A stretch of 64,000 nt of DNA from Octopus vulgaris (taxonomy: Eukaryota), in assembly GCA_951406725.2 (NCBI GenBank), contig OX597822.1, positions 15,004,001 to 15,068,000 on the forward strand, read 5' to 3'. Numbering within the stretch: position 1 is the first letter of the stretch; every line of letters starts with the position of its first letter. The notes under the pieces were generated by a model, which saw nothing but the letters and a program-made list of their open reading frames with translations, did not search any database and was not told the DNA's origin. Shown here piece after piece: positions 28,123 to 41,799 of this stretch. The translations under genes and the position numbers were made by a program.

Positions 28123-30957
28123 TACATACATGCATAATGGATAATAAAGCGTCTTTTAGTTGCCATTCATATATACATATATATAATATTGTTCTATATG
28201 AATTACAAAATGGTACCTGAGCCGCAAATATGTTTGATAATTACCGTAAAATAATAGGTCCACATGGCTATCAAAAGCCAATGTAAATCTGATGGTACTT
28301 GAAACTCGCACAGGGCTAAATATTGTAAAATATTTTCTTCAGAACTGCCATTCCTAATATCCTCGTTCTACTATTATTTCTAACCAATGCCTTCCTTAGA
28401 AATTGCATGTTATATAAAGTTTCTTATTACTCTTTTGATATATTTATGGATGCTTAGAACAATATTTTATACTACATTTATTCTTTCGACTGTGTATTCG
28501 AAGGAACTACGGATTTGAAGGACCCTGTCCGAAACGTTGGATTTCACTCCTCCTCACAGCAAGTTCAATATTTGTTTTATCGATTTTTTGTACATAACAT
28601 ATATATAAAATATATGCTCAGTGTTGGTGAATATATTATCGAAAAAGCGGTGTTACATAGTGCCTCTTTAACTTGACTGAAGGCCATAAAACACGTTTAG
28701 GGACCAAGTGCTTGGCGTCCTGAATCGACTGATATCACTGCAAAAATGTTATACGCGTAACTCATTGTGGCCGACGGGGTGGTCTTAAGATTTGAACTAC
28801 GAATGTAGTGTTATATAACCTTCTATTATTTTTTTAGTCAGGAAAGAAACGGTGTCCATAGCCGCTTATAGGTTCATTGAAATTGATGAAAAAAAACCAC
28901 ATAATTATCACACTAAAGGCCTGAATTAAATACTTTCTAGGAAGAGGACTCCACTGTAGAGATACAGAGTGTCAGCTAAGGTTGTAAAACCGGAATACGA
29001 ATTAAGTCTGTTAGAAAATAGGCTATGCCATAAGTTGAACTCAGATCTTAATGAGCTGGAATAAAAACTAGAAGACAACCGGCTCGTAGTTTCTTGCAGT
29101 TCCTCGAATTCGTTGCCCTTGATTAAAACATCTTATGTAACCCGAAAAAAATTTAAGCCCAAGAAGTACTATCGGTGGTATTTGAACTCAAAGAGTTGTT
29201 AATCGTAACGAATACCGCAAAGCAGCCCGTCTGACTCTGGCAGTTAATCCCTGATTCAAATTGTTTTATTAACTGATGAAGCCTTTTGTTCATTGATAAC
29301 AGATTTTTCAAGGAAAACATGAAGCCAAACACTTTTGGAAATATAGTGCAGTCGATGAAATAGTTCTAATAATGGTCTGGTAGATTTTTAATGCTCCTGG
29401 AAGTAGCAAAGACCAAGTAGACCCAGACGGATTTGAACTCATAACGCAAAAGTATGCAATTAATATGGTACTCTACCATATTTCGGTGCTCTCCGCAATT
29501 TCGAACGTTGAATTTTAATTCTTGATAATAATTTAATTATAAATATTTAGTGTTTTTAGGTTGATAATATAAAATATCAATTTATACAAGAAACTGTAAC
29601 ATTCTGTGAATTCGGACCTACAAGTCAAACGAAACATTAACTGTAGAATTGCAGACAATTCTTATCTCTCCACCATTTTATAATAACATGTAAGCACACA
29701 AAACACTAAGTGTTGAGTCGATAAGGAGAAAACAAAATAAATAAATACGCTATCCAAACAGATCAATATAAATCTAACAGACAACAAAGCAATGAATATC
29801 GGTTACATAAAAATGAAACTATGACTGGTGCTTAAATACAATCAAATAACTAATTATTGCCTCAGTTTTCTGATTCGAAAAAAAGAAGGAAAAACGAAAA
29901 GAGGAAGGCGTAAAAGAGAGATGAACATATGGAATTTTGATCCATATGCAAACTGAATGAAATGAACTGGTGCTGGTGTGAGTCAGAAAGAGTTTCCAAG
30001 CAAGACATAATAACGAGATAATTGTTATAAACGTCTACATAAATCATATTATGTCGAATCAAATTCTCTTTATGTTGGTATGGCTACGAGATCAAAGCAA
30101 ATACATACCAGAATGTTCAGCAGAGTGAAGTACGAATTCTTCTGATTTTCCTTCACATTCTAGGTTCATAGGCGTTGCGTTTTGCTTCTACATAACAGCA
30201 TTATATGAAGTTCAATGCTGCTGTTTGTTACTGGTCGAACAAACTAATATACAAATGGCTTTATCTTCGTTCTGATCGCTCTAATCATAGTTGTTTAATC
30301 TATATTCTAAACAACAAACAAGAAACTCTAACATGTAGACTGTTTGTTTATTGTACAAACTAATTGTAACATTCAAGGATGTATTAGATTCTACAGAATA
30401 TCTTGAGATAACGAGATTACTTAAGTAATATACTCTGCGAAAATCCTATAACGCATACACAGCAAATAAACCCAAAATGCATACAACAAAATATATGAGA
30501 ACATATCAGAGTTACTGCGTTTATCGCTGTTACTCAGCTCTGCCGTGTTTATTTCTACATTTGTATGATTGTTTATGGCTTTCGCAGAGAGATATTGTAT
30601 TATCAATACGTATCTTACCAGATATATATATTGACGTTTACCTCGCATAACATGGAGCATATGTCATATGGCAGCGAGAATAAGGACCAGATAGGCTACT
30701 GAAGTTTACATTAAATATATAAGTCAAGTGAAAACAACAGCGTGTTACAAGGTTGGAATATGGAGCGGTTTTCGACGAAATATGATCGAGAGAAGGACAA
30801 AGATTAAACGGATATCAATGAATCAGATATCATTTAGTCAGAAAGAAATTTTACGAATGAAAAAATCGGCAGCAAACTGTAAGTGGTTTATCGTCTTGTA
30901 TACATGTACGTTTCTATGTAAATATGTATGCGTGAATACACATTCAGATGTAAATGC

Positions 30958-31003
<46 letters not shown>

Positions 31004-31004
31004 C

Positions 31005-31121
<117 letters not shown>

Positions 31122-31570
31122 CTATACAAATACACATATACATATATGCATACATTTATACATATGTAAAATTTATATGTATATATATATATACACAAAC
31201 ACACACACAAGTATATACATATATATGTATGTATGTACTTTATGCATAGTTGTACAGATGATAAATCACTGTATTACATAGATACAGATAGTCCACAGCC
31301 CTTATATGGTCAGTTGGTTGGGTCATACCGTCATTTATTTTACATACACTATCATTTGTTATTTATTTCTAGAAATAAAAAACATGTCTTACGGAACTTT
31401 AGCAATATCTGTCTCAATACGAGGCTAACTAAGATAACAATGTTTGCTATTCTCTCTCTCTCTCTCTCTCGCTCTCTCTATTCTTACAGACGCATATATG
31501 CCTGTATGCGTGTGTATGTGCGCTTGTGTAACCGTCGCCGTATGTGTATGTGTATTTATGTGTTTATGTA

Positions 31571-31950
31571 GGCGAAGGAGTGGCTGTAAGTAGCTTGCTA
31601 ACCAACCACGTAATTCCGAGTTCAGTCCGATTGCGTGGCACCCTCGGCGAGTGCCTTCTGCTTTAGCTTCGAGCCGACCAAAGCCTTGTGAGTGGATTTG
31701 GTAGATGGAAACTGAAAGAAGCCCGTCGTATATATATATATGTTGTGTGAGAGTGTGTGTGTGTGTTTGTGTGTCCGTGTTTGTCCACCCCCACCCTCGA
31801 TCGCTTCACATCTGATGCTGGTGTGTTTACGTCCCCGTATCATAGTGGTTCGGCAAAAGAGACCGATAGAATAAGTGCTAAGCGACTAAAGGCGGTGCTC
31901 CAGCACGGCCGTAGTCAAATGACTGAAACAAGTAAAAGAATAAAAGAATA
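31571..31950 (+). mobile_element. SINE family A
   Basis: Matches 8324-8800. Confidence 0.85.
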
Positions 31951-31994
31951 TGTAAATACATGCACAACTGTGTGTGTATGTATGTGTATGTCTG

Positions 31995-32028
<34 letters not shown>

Positions 32029-32999
32029 AAAAATATATATGTATATACATGTATAGATATAATTATCTACACACACATATGCGTGCGCGCCCGCGACGGT
32101 GTGTCCAAGAGCGCAATCTTAGCTCTCAGGTTACATATTTGGATTCGTAATCCTAGAATAGCATTGCAAACAAATATTTACTTGCCCTGTTACAAATAAT
32201 TAATTTCAATGCTTTAATTATGTTATCAATCGAGACACTTTTTCGTATGAACCAACTCATAATAATATATGAAAACCTCTTCTAATTAACCTGAATTAGA
32301 ATTAATTTGATACGTGAATTATATTTTAATGATTCATCTTCCTTATTTTCAGTTTATTCTTTAATTTTCTTGTAATCACACCTTTGCTAATTACTTCGAA
32401 ATTTACCTCAATTTTCTATTGCGGTCTATAATTTTCACTTCTAAAGTAATGGGCTTTATCCTTCATTTTTTTAACAAATCCTTCATTTAAATAGAATTCT
32501 ATTTAACGGCTGTAACTTAATTTCTTTTATATTTTTTGAATATATTGTATGGAATAAAATTTGATTCAACGATCATAAACCTGAAATTCTTAAATAATCT
32601 AAATTGGCCATGCTATTACTACTGTGAATTGGTTTGAACTTAAATAACCTTACACACTTCAATGCGACTTCATTTAGACACGAAGTACACACTACAATTA
32701 TCCTCTCTTTACAGACTTTACGTCACCAGCTTCTCTTTCCGCAACTAACAGCCAAGCCCGTGGAAACGCTCTAGGACAAGAAGTAAAGGGAGGTAATCTG
32801 TCATCTCCTTCTAGATCTGATTGTATATCGCGCCCAGAAAAAAAAAACGTATTGTGACATTATTGATGCTTTTAAGAGAATGTCTCCGGGGACAATTGTT
32901 CCTTAAATTGGATGATTACTTGATCAATCAATGAATCAGTGATGCGTGCAACCTGAATTCTGAATCGTTTGAAATGTGCGTAAGTGAATAAAGTATTAG

Positions 33000-33290
33000 T
33001 GAGAATTTACAAAAAGAAAAAAAAAGACAAAAGACGAAGACGGGTGTGTAAACAACAAACAGATGTACATTATTTACATTATTTATATTTGACGGATATT
33101 TGTCCTCATCTTGTTTGTTGTTAACACACTGTTTCAGCTGATATATCCTCCAGCCTTCATCAGGTGTCTTGGGGAAATGTAAATAATGTAAATAATGTGC
33201 ATAATTCATCATCTCTTAAATATAGAACTGTAACAAACAAATGTATTAATTTAATGCTCGGAAAGTGAGAAAGTATTTTACGTTTCGAAT
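33000..33290 (-). mobile_element. CUGUCGA-family pLTR fragment interrupted by a collapsed palindromic hammerhead element (33068-33231)
   Basis: Outer parts match 36846-36972 in reverse; insert has inverted ends acattatttacattattta / taaataatgtaaataatgt; TSD aacaaaca(g/a)atgta. Confidence 0.7.
33124..33167 (-). ncRNA. Minimal hammerhead ribozyme, mutated at stem III/cleavage site
   Basis: ACAC-CUGAUGA-AGGCUG gaggauauau CAGCU-GAAAC-AGU-GUGU. Confidence 0.6.
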
Positions 33291-33307
33291 AAAGTATTAT
33301 ATGAATA

Positions 33308-33449
33308 AGCGCAGGAGCGGCTGTGTAGTAAGTTTCGGGTTCAGTCCCACTGTCCGGCACCTTGGGCAAGTCTCTTCTACAATAGCCTCGGGCTTACCAA
33401 AGCCTTGTGAGTGGATTTCATAGATGGAAACTAGAAGGAGCCCGCCGTA
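33308..33449 (+). mobile_element. SINE family A 5' half
   Basis: gcgcaggagcggctgtg...ccttgtgagtggattt. Confidence 0.75.
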
Positions 33450-33658
33450 TGTGTGTGTGTGTGTGTGTGATGTGTGCGTATGTGCATGTGTGTATGTTTT
33501 TACTGATGCGGTCACAGGAGTGTGACGAAAGAACTCTGGCCGAAATAAGATTAAGATTAATGTAAAAAATAAATAACGCTGAATCAAAGTAACACAAATA
33601 TATAGTGCGTGTGTTTTTATTGGCTAAACAGGAAAAATGACCATTCCTAAATACAACA

Positions 33659-33709
<51 letters not shown>

Positions 33710-34649
33710 TGTGTGTGTGTGTGTGTGTATGTATACGCATACATAGAACACACTCATACACTTTATACATTTGTGTGAATGTGCAATTATATACGCGCGT
33801 GTGTGCGTGTAGTTTGGTGTACAATGTTGCAAATAAATCCATCTAGAAGCAATATTAAGATCAATATAAAACCGATCTAAAAATATGTTCCTGGGTCGAT
33901 ATGCTTGTCTAGAACCCTTTGCATTATTGACCTAACGTTGCTGCAGTTCAATAAATAATATCAGTATAAAACATTAAAATAATAGAGTATCGATTCCAGC
34001 ATGTGGGAATGATTTTCCTTGTGGGGTCAATTTTATTCTGTGACCCACAGCTCAGTGTGGTGGATAACCTAATTGTAATTCTAAAGAAGTTTTCTAAATT
34101 TGTGTGTTGTTCTTTCGGATTAATTAGCAATTATCACAATAAGTTTCATTTCATTGTCTCGACAAGAGGACGGAAAAGTATTTCTTGTGAAATCGTATAC
34201 AATTTGTGACTACACCCGTTCGACATAATACCGTGTGTGAGATATACATTCATAATGACATGAATTTCGATCGTTCCTCGTCCATCTTGGGCAAGTCAGT
34301 TTAATAATACTGCTGTATCTCTTGGTTTTATCTTCATTCGGCTATGATAGTGATATCGGTTGGTTATGGCTTTATCTTGACCTGAAAGTCTCCTGAAATT
34401 CCGTTAGGGGCGTCGCAGCTGTATCCGTAAAGAGATCATCGCTCATAAACTCTAACAATCTATATAAAATACATTTGTATTAAAATACAAAATTTAATAT
34501 CCATACGCTATAAAATAATTCATTCCCAAGTGATACAAACGTGTAAGCATCTCGTGTACATGCTAGGTGCCAAGCACATTTATTTGTTATCCTGAATTAG
34601 TTTTGTGAAAGATATGAGTTGTTAAAACGTGTATCTGATATAAAATAAT

Positions 34650-35150
34650 AATGAAATTATTGTATACAGTGCTCAGGTGCACCACAACTTGTCAAAAGTG
34701 CGTATAAAGCATATGCAGTAATGTACAAATGTCTGGAAAGCGAACAGTGTATGGGTCAGATACATTCTTGCGTGTGTATGGAGGGGAGAAAATCAGGTGT
34801 AGTGTTGGCGAATCTCAGGAAGCATGGAAGTTTTGAAGGATGCAGTGCTCCGACAACTAACAACTGATGCTGGCAGTTTGTTCCATGCTTCAGCAACTCT
34901 TAGCATGAAAAAGTGTTTCCAAAAGTCATGGGAGCTGTGCTGTTTTCTGACTTGGTAAACATGTCCACGGGTGTTAGACAGGTGGAGTTTGAAAAGGTGC
35001 TCAGAGATATTGTTTGTAAGATGGTTAATAATTATATGGGTGTCTGCCAAGTCAGCTGCCAGACGTCGGAGTTTCAATGTATCCAAACCCAGGGAAGTAA
35101 GGCGTTCAGAATATGGCAAATGCCTGATGGAGGGTATTCTCTTGGTTGCA
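34650..35150 (-). mobile_element. CR1-clade LINE 3' fragment (ORF2 C-terminus + 3' UTR)
   Basis: RATKRIPSIRHLPYSERLTSLGLDTLKLRRL..DL...TRGH...HFF..RV..AWNKLP. Confidence 0.9.
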
Positions 35151-36379
35151 CGATAAACCTGTATCAATATGATAAACCTGTATCAATATGAATCATGATA
35201 GCCTGAAGTCACAGGTCCGTACATCATTAACAACAATTTCCTAAGACCACTGACTTCTTATGCTCCAAATATTTTAGTTGTCATATCTTCTGAGCCTTCT
35301 CCAACGATTATCTCACCGCATTTGGTTTCATGTTTTGATGACAACTTGCATATTTCCTTATAAACTTCGTCTCTGCTTTTTATATTCATCTTTCTTTCAT
35401 CTTCTCTCCTTCAATTTTAATCTATTTTTATCCCTCTTACCATTTAATAAAAAAAAAAGAAATGTCAATCTCAGATAAAATGTTCCTGCAAAAAACGTTT
35501 GAATTCGCTTTCTCACGACAAAGCTATTTTTTATCGCTTTTTCACCCGTTCAAACTCGCGAAACGCCGCTGCTATTTTCACTCATTTCCTCGCATTCCGC
35601 TGTTTTCACTATTCAGTGCCTGGGCGTGTCCATTAGATGCTGTGAAAATTCAGACTGTTTTCCCGTTCAATTAACCAACAGGACCGTCATATTAACTCTA
35701 CTTTATCCTTTGAAAATGTCAGCTATTTCTGTCATTGGATTGATAGCATTTTAAAAGTGCACTCAACACACCCTCCTCCCCACCACACACATACATACAT
35801 ATATAATCATACACGCATACACGCACGCAGCTTTAAATATTAACAAATTAACGATATTGCTCGTCTAAATATTGTTATATTTATTTCGCAACCGTTACAC
35901 CTTCACGTCTGCGCGCGTTGTGTGTGAGTGGGTGCGATTTCGCAATGCTTGCATTAAAATCAATTGACACGCAACTCTCTCGTTTCTGTCTTAACACTCC
36001 ATCATTCAACTTCATCAACAATTAAACACTTTTATCATCCTCTTTATATGCAACTGATGCGAGATTTTCGTGATTCTACGCATAGAATCCATCTTACATT
36101 TACATTTATCTATCTTTAATGGCGATCACTTGCTTCTCTTCCTTTGTGCCTTCCCTTTCCTAGACACACCCATAGATACACACATATAAACACCCATACA
36201 CACACACATACACACATACATGTTTTTAATGACTATTAATTACATGGTGTCCTTCATCCTTTCCTCATTGAGTGTGTGTGCGTGAATATACATACTATAT
36301 ATACATACACATATACTGTTATTATTATTATCATTATCATTATCATCATCATCATCATTATTATTATTATTATTATTAT

Positions 36380-36600
36380 TACTCTTTACTCTTTTACTCT
36401 TTTACTTGTTTCAGTCATTTGACTGCGGCCATGCTGGAGCACCGCCTTTAGACGAGCAAATCGACCCCGGGACTTATTATTTGTAAGCCCAGTACTTATC
36501 CTATCGGTCTATTTTGCCGAACCGCTAAGTGACTGGGACGTAAACACACCAGCATCGGTTGTCAAGCAATGCTATGGGGATAAACACAGACACACAAACA
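36380..36600 (-). mobile_element. SINE family A 3' half with (actctttt)n tail
   Basis: Reverse complement of the family A 3' part; a family B fragment follows at 36620-36735. Confidence 0.8.
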
Positions 36601-36845
36601 CACACATATATATATGTGTTAAAATTTTGTCGAGGTCGACTTTAACTTTCATCCTTTCAGGATCGATAAATTAAGTTCTAATCAACTGGTCCCCTCCCCC
36701 AAAATTTCGGGTCTTGTGCCTAGAGTAGAAAAGATTATTATTATTGTTGTTGTTGTTGGATTCTCCCATCAATTTCAATGTGTGTGTGTCTGTGCGCGTG
36801 TGTGTGTGCGTATGTATGTATATATATGTATGTATTTCTCTGTTC

Positions 36846-36881
36846 CTTTCTGTCGAAGAGCGTAGGTTCGAAACGTAAAAG
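36846..36881 (+). ncRNA. Minimal hammerhead, CUGUCGA variant (pLTR repeat 36833-36972)
   Basis: CUUU-CUGUCGA-A-GAGC guag GUUC-GAAAC-GUA-AAAG. Confidence 0.65.
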
Positions 36882-37865
36882 ACTTTCTCACTTCCCGAGC
36901 GTTAAACTAATACGTCTGTTTGTTGTTTACATACCCATCTTCATCTTTCGTTTTTTTTTGTAAATTCTCACTATATATATGTATGTGTGTGTGTATGTAA
37001 ATGTATGTATATATAATTAAACCTTATTTATACTTAATTGAGGATCATTGCACGAGTTTGTTATGAATTGAGAACAGCAAAGGGCATAAGAAATGTTTTG
37101 CCAATAATATCGAAAGATGTGTATAACTATGTTATCTAACAGCTTGCTAGAAATAATAGTAAATTTTTGCTTGATTCGTATCCTACAGGTTAAGAGAAGG
37201 ACATTTATAATTTGATGAAAGCGATTATTTTTCACATATTTTGATTCAGTAGTAATCAAGTGTATGATATGATAATCACGGATGGAGCACTTGTGATCTG
37301 GTTTAATTTAATGCTACATATCACCATCAACAACTGTTTCATAAAACACTGAATCTGTGAGGGTGAAATCGTGTGATCTTCTGATAACATAGCTAGGCCG
37401 GCGGTTGTTAGGTCGTGGGCCCACTCCACGAATCCGGCATTGCATCGTTTGTTTGAGCTATTCACTCCTTAGAACGTTATTCCTGTCTGCCTTACTGAAA
37501 AATCTCGGGCAGACAGGTTATAAGTCTTGTCAGACATCCGGATAAGTTCGGGTCTCATGAGACTACGTTTTCGAGGCAAAATTTAGATGACATATGTATG
37601 ATAATTATGATATCACTAGGTAGAATATTTCTGAGATAGAGAAGGATTTCGTTAGGGGACAAAATTTGCGCCCATGCGTTTCGTACGCACTTCTGAGTCT
37701 CGCTGAATAAGAGTGGAGTTATGGGCCTTGGATGGCTGGTTGCAAAATAAAAGCCTTATGCATGTGCTGAATGATGATCAAGGATTACTAATGACTTCCC
37801 TTCTTTCCTCCTTTCTCTCACTATGTATATTTGCATAGACACACACACACACACATACATACACA

Positions 37866-37904
<39 letters not shown>

Positions 37905-38248
37905 GCGTATCACTTAGGTTGACGAGGGAAGGATGACCTCTCTTTGCAAATACCGATAGGGCACAGAAAGTGTGCTTATAGCCAGCTGGAGGAGATGTTC
38001 TCCTGGGGCTACAAGCTACAGTAACACCCACCCTTAGTGGTTAGCCATATTGAGATGGCAAATATACCTCACATTGTCGTGCAGTTACTGTTTATACCTC
38101 GTTCAGAGATTTATTAACATACATATACATATAAATATTTATATATATATATATATAATATTAATTAGAGACAAAACCACTATTTTGCAAAACAAACAAG
38201 GAAAGACTTAATCAATACATAAAATTTTAATAAAAAGTAAAAAAACCG

Positions 38249-38289
38249 CCACTACAATTGTTTCATGTCTAATGACAATCTTCAGGTGG
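38249..38289 (-). ncRNA. Intact minimal type-I hammerhead ribozyme
   Basis: Exact reverse complement of 38344-38384. Confidence 0.82.
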
Positions 38290-38343
38290 ATTTCCAAATC
38301 AGTTTCAATTTCATAAATTGAAACTGATTTGAAAATCGGAAAT

Positions 38344-38384
38344 CCACCTGAAGATTGTCATTAGACATGAAACAATTGTAGTGG
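38344..38384 (+). ncRNA. Intact minimal type-I hammerhead ribozyme
   Basis: CCAC-CUGAAGA-U-UGUC auua GACA-U-GAAAC AAUU GUA-GUGG; predicted cleavage after 38380. Confidence 0.82.
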
Positions 38385-38559
38385 CGTTTTTTTTACTTTT
38401 TATTAAAATGTTATGTATTGATTAAGTCTTTCCTTGTTTGTTTTGCAAAATAGTGGTTTTGTCTCTAATTAATATTATATAATATTTTACTATAAAATTG
38501 GATTTAATCCTAAATCTGATTTTTTCCCTGTAAATTTGGATTTAATCCCTAATATTTAT

Positions 38560-38620
<61 letters not shown>

Positions 38621-38949
38621 ATCATATTCATACATATATATGTACGCACACAAACACACCACACACATACTCATGCACATACATACTTAATGATCATTAG
38701 TTACAGTTCTTCCTTCGTTCTTTCTTTCCCTTTTTATTAGCCTACCAAAAATGTACTTGCGCGTGCACAAATATTCATGTTATCGCTACAATGTCGGGTT
38801 CTGTATACGAACCTACCGCAATTCAGATTTCAGCCTATCACATTATAAACATAGCTGTCTCTATGTCACAATGTAAAATTCATTGAAACTTTTTTTCTCA
38901 AAATAATAGCCATGCTTCGTAAAACGCGACTTCACATACATTCATGACC

Positions 38950-39280
38950 CATACCTCATGTATGCAAATACGTGACGAAATGCATTAAAACTGTACACAA
39001 AGAGTCTGAACATTTCATTGTGAACGTCTGTGTATATCGCTTACAATTCAGGCTTCCTGGACTTGTAATGTGTAAAAGGCCAGAACATTGAAAGCAGAAA
39101 GAAAGGCCATTATCAAAATGATGCTTTGGTATTTCATGTCTAAAATCCACTACATTGAAGGAACAAAGCAGAATTGAAAAATCACAAACATTCTTAGTTG
39201 CCGGAAGTGTTCCATTTTGTTCGGAGCGTGTCATCTTGGTATGTGAACGATTCAACATTGAAATATTTGTGTTCAATGAA
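38950..39280 (-). pseudogene. Possible decayed piggyBac transposase C-terminal Cys-rich region
   Basis: VVDFRHEI...LNCKRYTQTFTMKCSDSLC..HFVTYLH weakly resembles C..C..T...C.KC...LC...CF..YH. Confidence 0.3.
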
Positions 39281-39555
39281 GACTAAAACCAGTAGTTGAA
39301 TGTCAAATAATATAGATTTAAAAAAAAAATTTCATCGTTGTTTAAATGTGTTACGAGCTTTTTTTAAATTTTTATTTTTAGCTATAACTAATTGCATAAA
39401 ACCAAAATTTCTGCTACGGGTATTTTGACGCTAACCAAAGCAATAAAATTGTAAAAGCGAATTGCTCTGGTTTTCTTCCTATCACACAAGCAAAGATTTC
39501 TACGCCAAATTCTAGAAGAGTTATTGCATATTTCTTTATTAATATTCTTGCAGCT

Positions 39556-39570
39556 GCTACTACTACTACA

Positions 39571-39661
<91 letters not shown>

Positions 39662-39678
39662 TTACTACTACTACTACA

Positions 39679-39749
<71 letters not shown>

Positions 39750-39774
39750 CACCACCACCACCACCACCACCACC
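39556..39774. repeat. (TAC)n followed by (CAC)n microsatellite
   Basis: Directly visible. Confidence 0.95.
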
Positions 39775-41180
39775 AAAAGAAGCCTAAAAGAAGGAACACA
39801 CTGAGTCCAAAACCAGGGAAGCAAGGATCCTGCTGCCTTGGCAGACCACCTTAATAGAGATGGTGTCTCGATAAAAATACAGGTTGGTAGTAACCTAAAA
39901 ACATACCTTATTAGTGAGTGAAAATGCCAAACAAAATAAATAGCGAAAACGGTGTGAACGGGACTGGAACTAATGATGAAGGCGCCGCACCCGACAGGTT
40001 CCCCACTGTGCGGCAGGGTGGGCCCGGTCGTAATCCAGCAATTGCTAGCCATGCTACAAGACACATGTGGAGTAAACAAGTAATTGTTTTGGTATGTTAC
40101 TACTGGAGCACCCCAGTGGACGCGAATGGCGCGCCTGTCAGAGGGTACAGAAAACGAATGCACAATGAATGGAAGGCAATGGAATTGTTTGAAATTACTG
40201 AAGGGAGACTATGTGACCAAGCTAGAGCAATACGAAAGAATGGATTGTTAACAGAACTGGAGCTAGAAGCTATTAAAAGAGCGATATTGAGTGAGGATGG
40301 GCATGCGAGAAATGAAAGTGATATAGGGGAGGAGATGGACAATTGTTCGCAAGAATATAATACCGTGAATTGTGAAAGAATTGAGATAAATGACTACTCA
40401 CACAATGAAGATAGATTAATAATAGACAGAATTTTAGATCTATTAAATACAGAGGGGACAGAATTTGTGTGCGAGTTTAAGAAGGCTAACCAATGGAGAC
40501 TAAATCAAGAGACGAATCAAGTCGATAATAAATTGAGACACATTGAAACAAAGAATATCACAAAAACAAATAATCTCATAAAAACTGCTGGTAGGACTGT
40601 GGTGGAAAGGATAGGATTGAGAACTACTGAAAATAGAACAGTGACAGATAGAAGAGGAAATAAACAACCGTGGTGGAAAAGGAGAATTTGTGAAGATATA
40701 AACTCGAAAAGGTTAGGAAGAAGTATGATGTAGATACGAAAGGTCTGAATGTTGTGATTGAAGAACTGAAGCAGCGCATACTTGCAAAAAGGCAAAGCGA
40801 ACGAGGTTTGAACAACAGATTCAACAATACCAGCGAAACAAGTTGTTTAGAATCGACCAAAAAGATTTTACCAAGCGATTAATGACAATAAAAAACGTGA
40901 AAAATTAGTCTCTGATGCTGATGAAAGTCGACTTTTCTGGAGTAAAATATGGAGCAAGCTAGAACAACATAATACTACAGCTGAATGGCTCTGCAGCGTG
41001 AAGCAAACAGTTTCTTATCCCCAGCAAGGGGCTATCCACTTCACAGAAGATTGTATCAGAGATATGAGTAAAAAGATAAGCAATTGGAAATCCGCAGGAT
41101 CTAATGTACAGTGATTTTGGATCAAAAAAAGTTCAGTAGTTGCCATAAATTGACCGCAGAACAATTGAATGCAATGGCAA
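39775..41180 (+). mobile_element. 5' half of an R4/Dong retrotransposon (5' UTR + ORF N-terminus, broken before the RT)
   Basis: CYY...RGYRKRMHNEW...EGRLCDQARAIRKNG.LTELELEAI; PWWKRRI; frameshifted EELKQRILAK, NKLFRIDQKRFY, FWSKIW..HN..AEWL, NWKS.G...FWIK. Confidence 0.88.
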
Positions 41181-41399
41181 AAGAAAGAACGGAGTTGTGC
41201 CTGACGGAAGCTTGAACGGGAAATGTTGCTGCCAATTACAGACCGATTTTCAGCCTCCTGTTGATGTGGAAGTTACTGTCAGGAGGAATTGCAGAACAGT
41301 ATACATTTCTTAATGAGAATGATATATTATCACCAGGACAAAAAATGTAGAAGTAGATACATACACATATATTTACATATACATCTACATACATGTATG

Positions 41400-41580
41400 T
41401 ATAAAAAACAACCACGCGAGCACGTGGTACATGCAAAGTATTAGTAGACGCTCAGGGAAGGAAAGAAAGGTAGTTTTACGTATCGAGCAAAGCTTCAAAG
41501 CTTCAAAAACAGGTGACAGAGGAAAGTCCAAGAGAAAAGGACGACGGGGGGGGGATCGCCAACGATCCACATGTAGTGAA
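41400..41580 (-). mobile_element. Penelope-like pLTR fragment with a decayed hammerhead (41473-41512)
   Basis: Minus strand ...gaagctttgctcgatacgtaaaa resembles GAGC..GCUC-GAAAC-GUA-AAA. Confidence 0.4.
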
Positions 41581-41623
41581 ACAAGGTGGAACAAATAGTA
41601 GACGAATACCGGAGGTAGAGTAA

Positions 41624-41799
41624 TATGCTTTATTAAAAAATCTGCAAAGATATCTCAAAAACTGTTACCCAGAGTTTCACGTTTCCGTTTGTCGGACAGT
41701 TTTGTTTGAAATTCTCAGGCAAAACTGTTCGACGAATTGGATCGTGAAACTCTAAGTAACAATATTTGTGATATTTTTGCAGCTTTATTAATAAAGTAT

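Larger units (their letters stand above)
38152..38481. mobile_element. Near-perfect 330 bp palindromic Penelope-like pLTR element with an asymmetric tail to ~38560, between (TA)n tracts
   Basis: Arms pair almost base for base to a 3-nt loop (aatcagtttcaattt cat aaattgaaactgatt). Confidence 0.88.

Noticed and set aside
28510-28550. gga ccctg tcc GAAACGUU ggat, a hammerhead 3' half
   Set aside because: The 5' core is corrupted; probably a dead pLTR, not callable
29270-29330. CUGAUGA motif (also at 4308, 20835 and 40918)
   Set aside because: No correctly placed GAAA, stem II or stem I; chance matches
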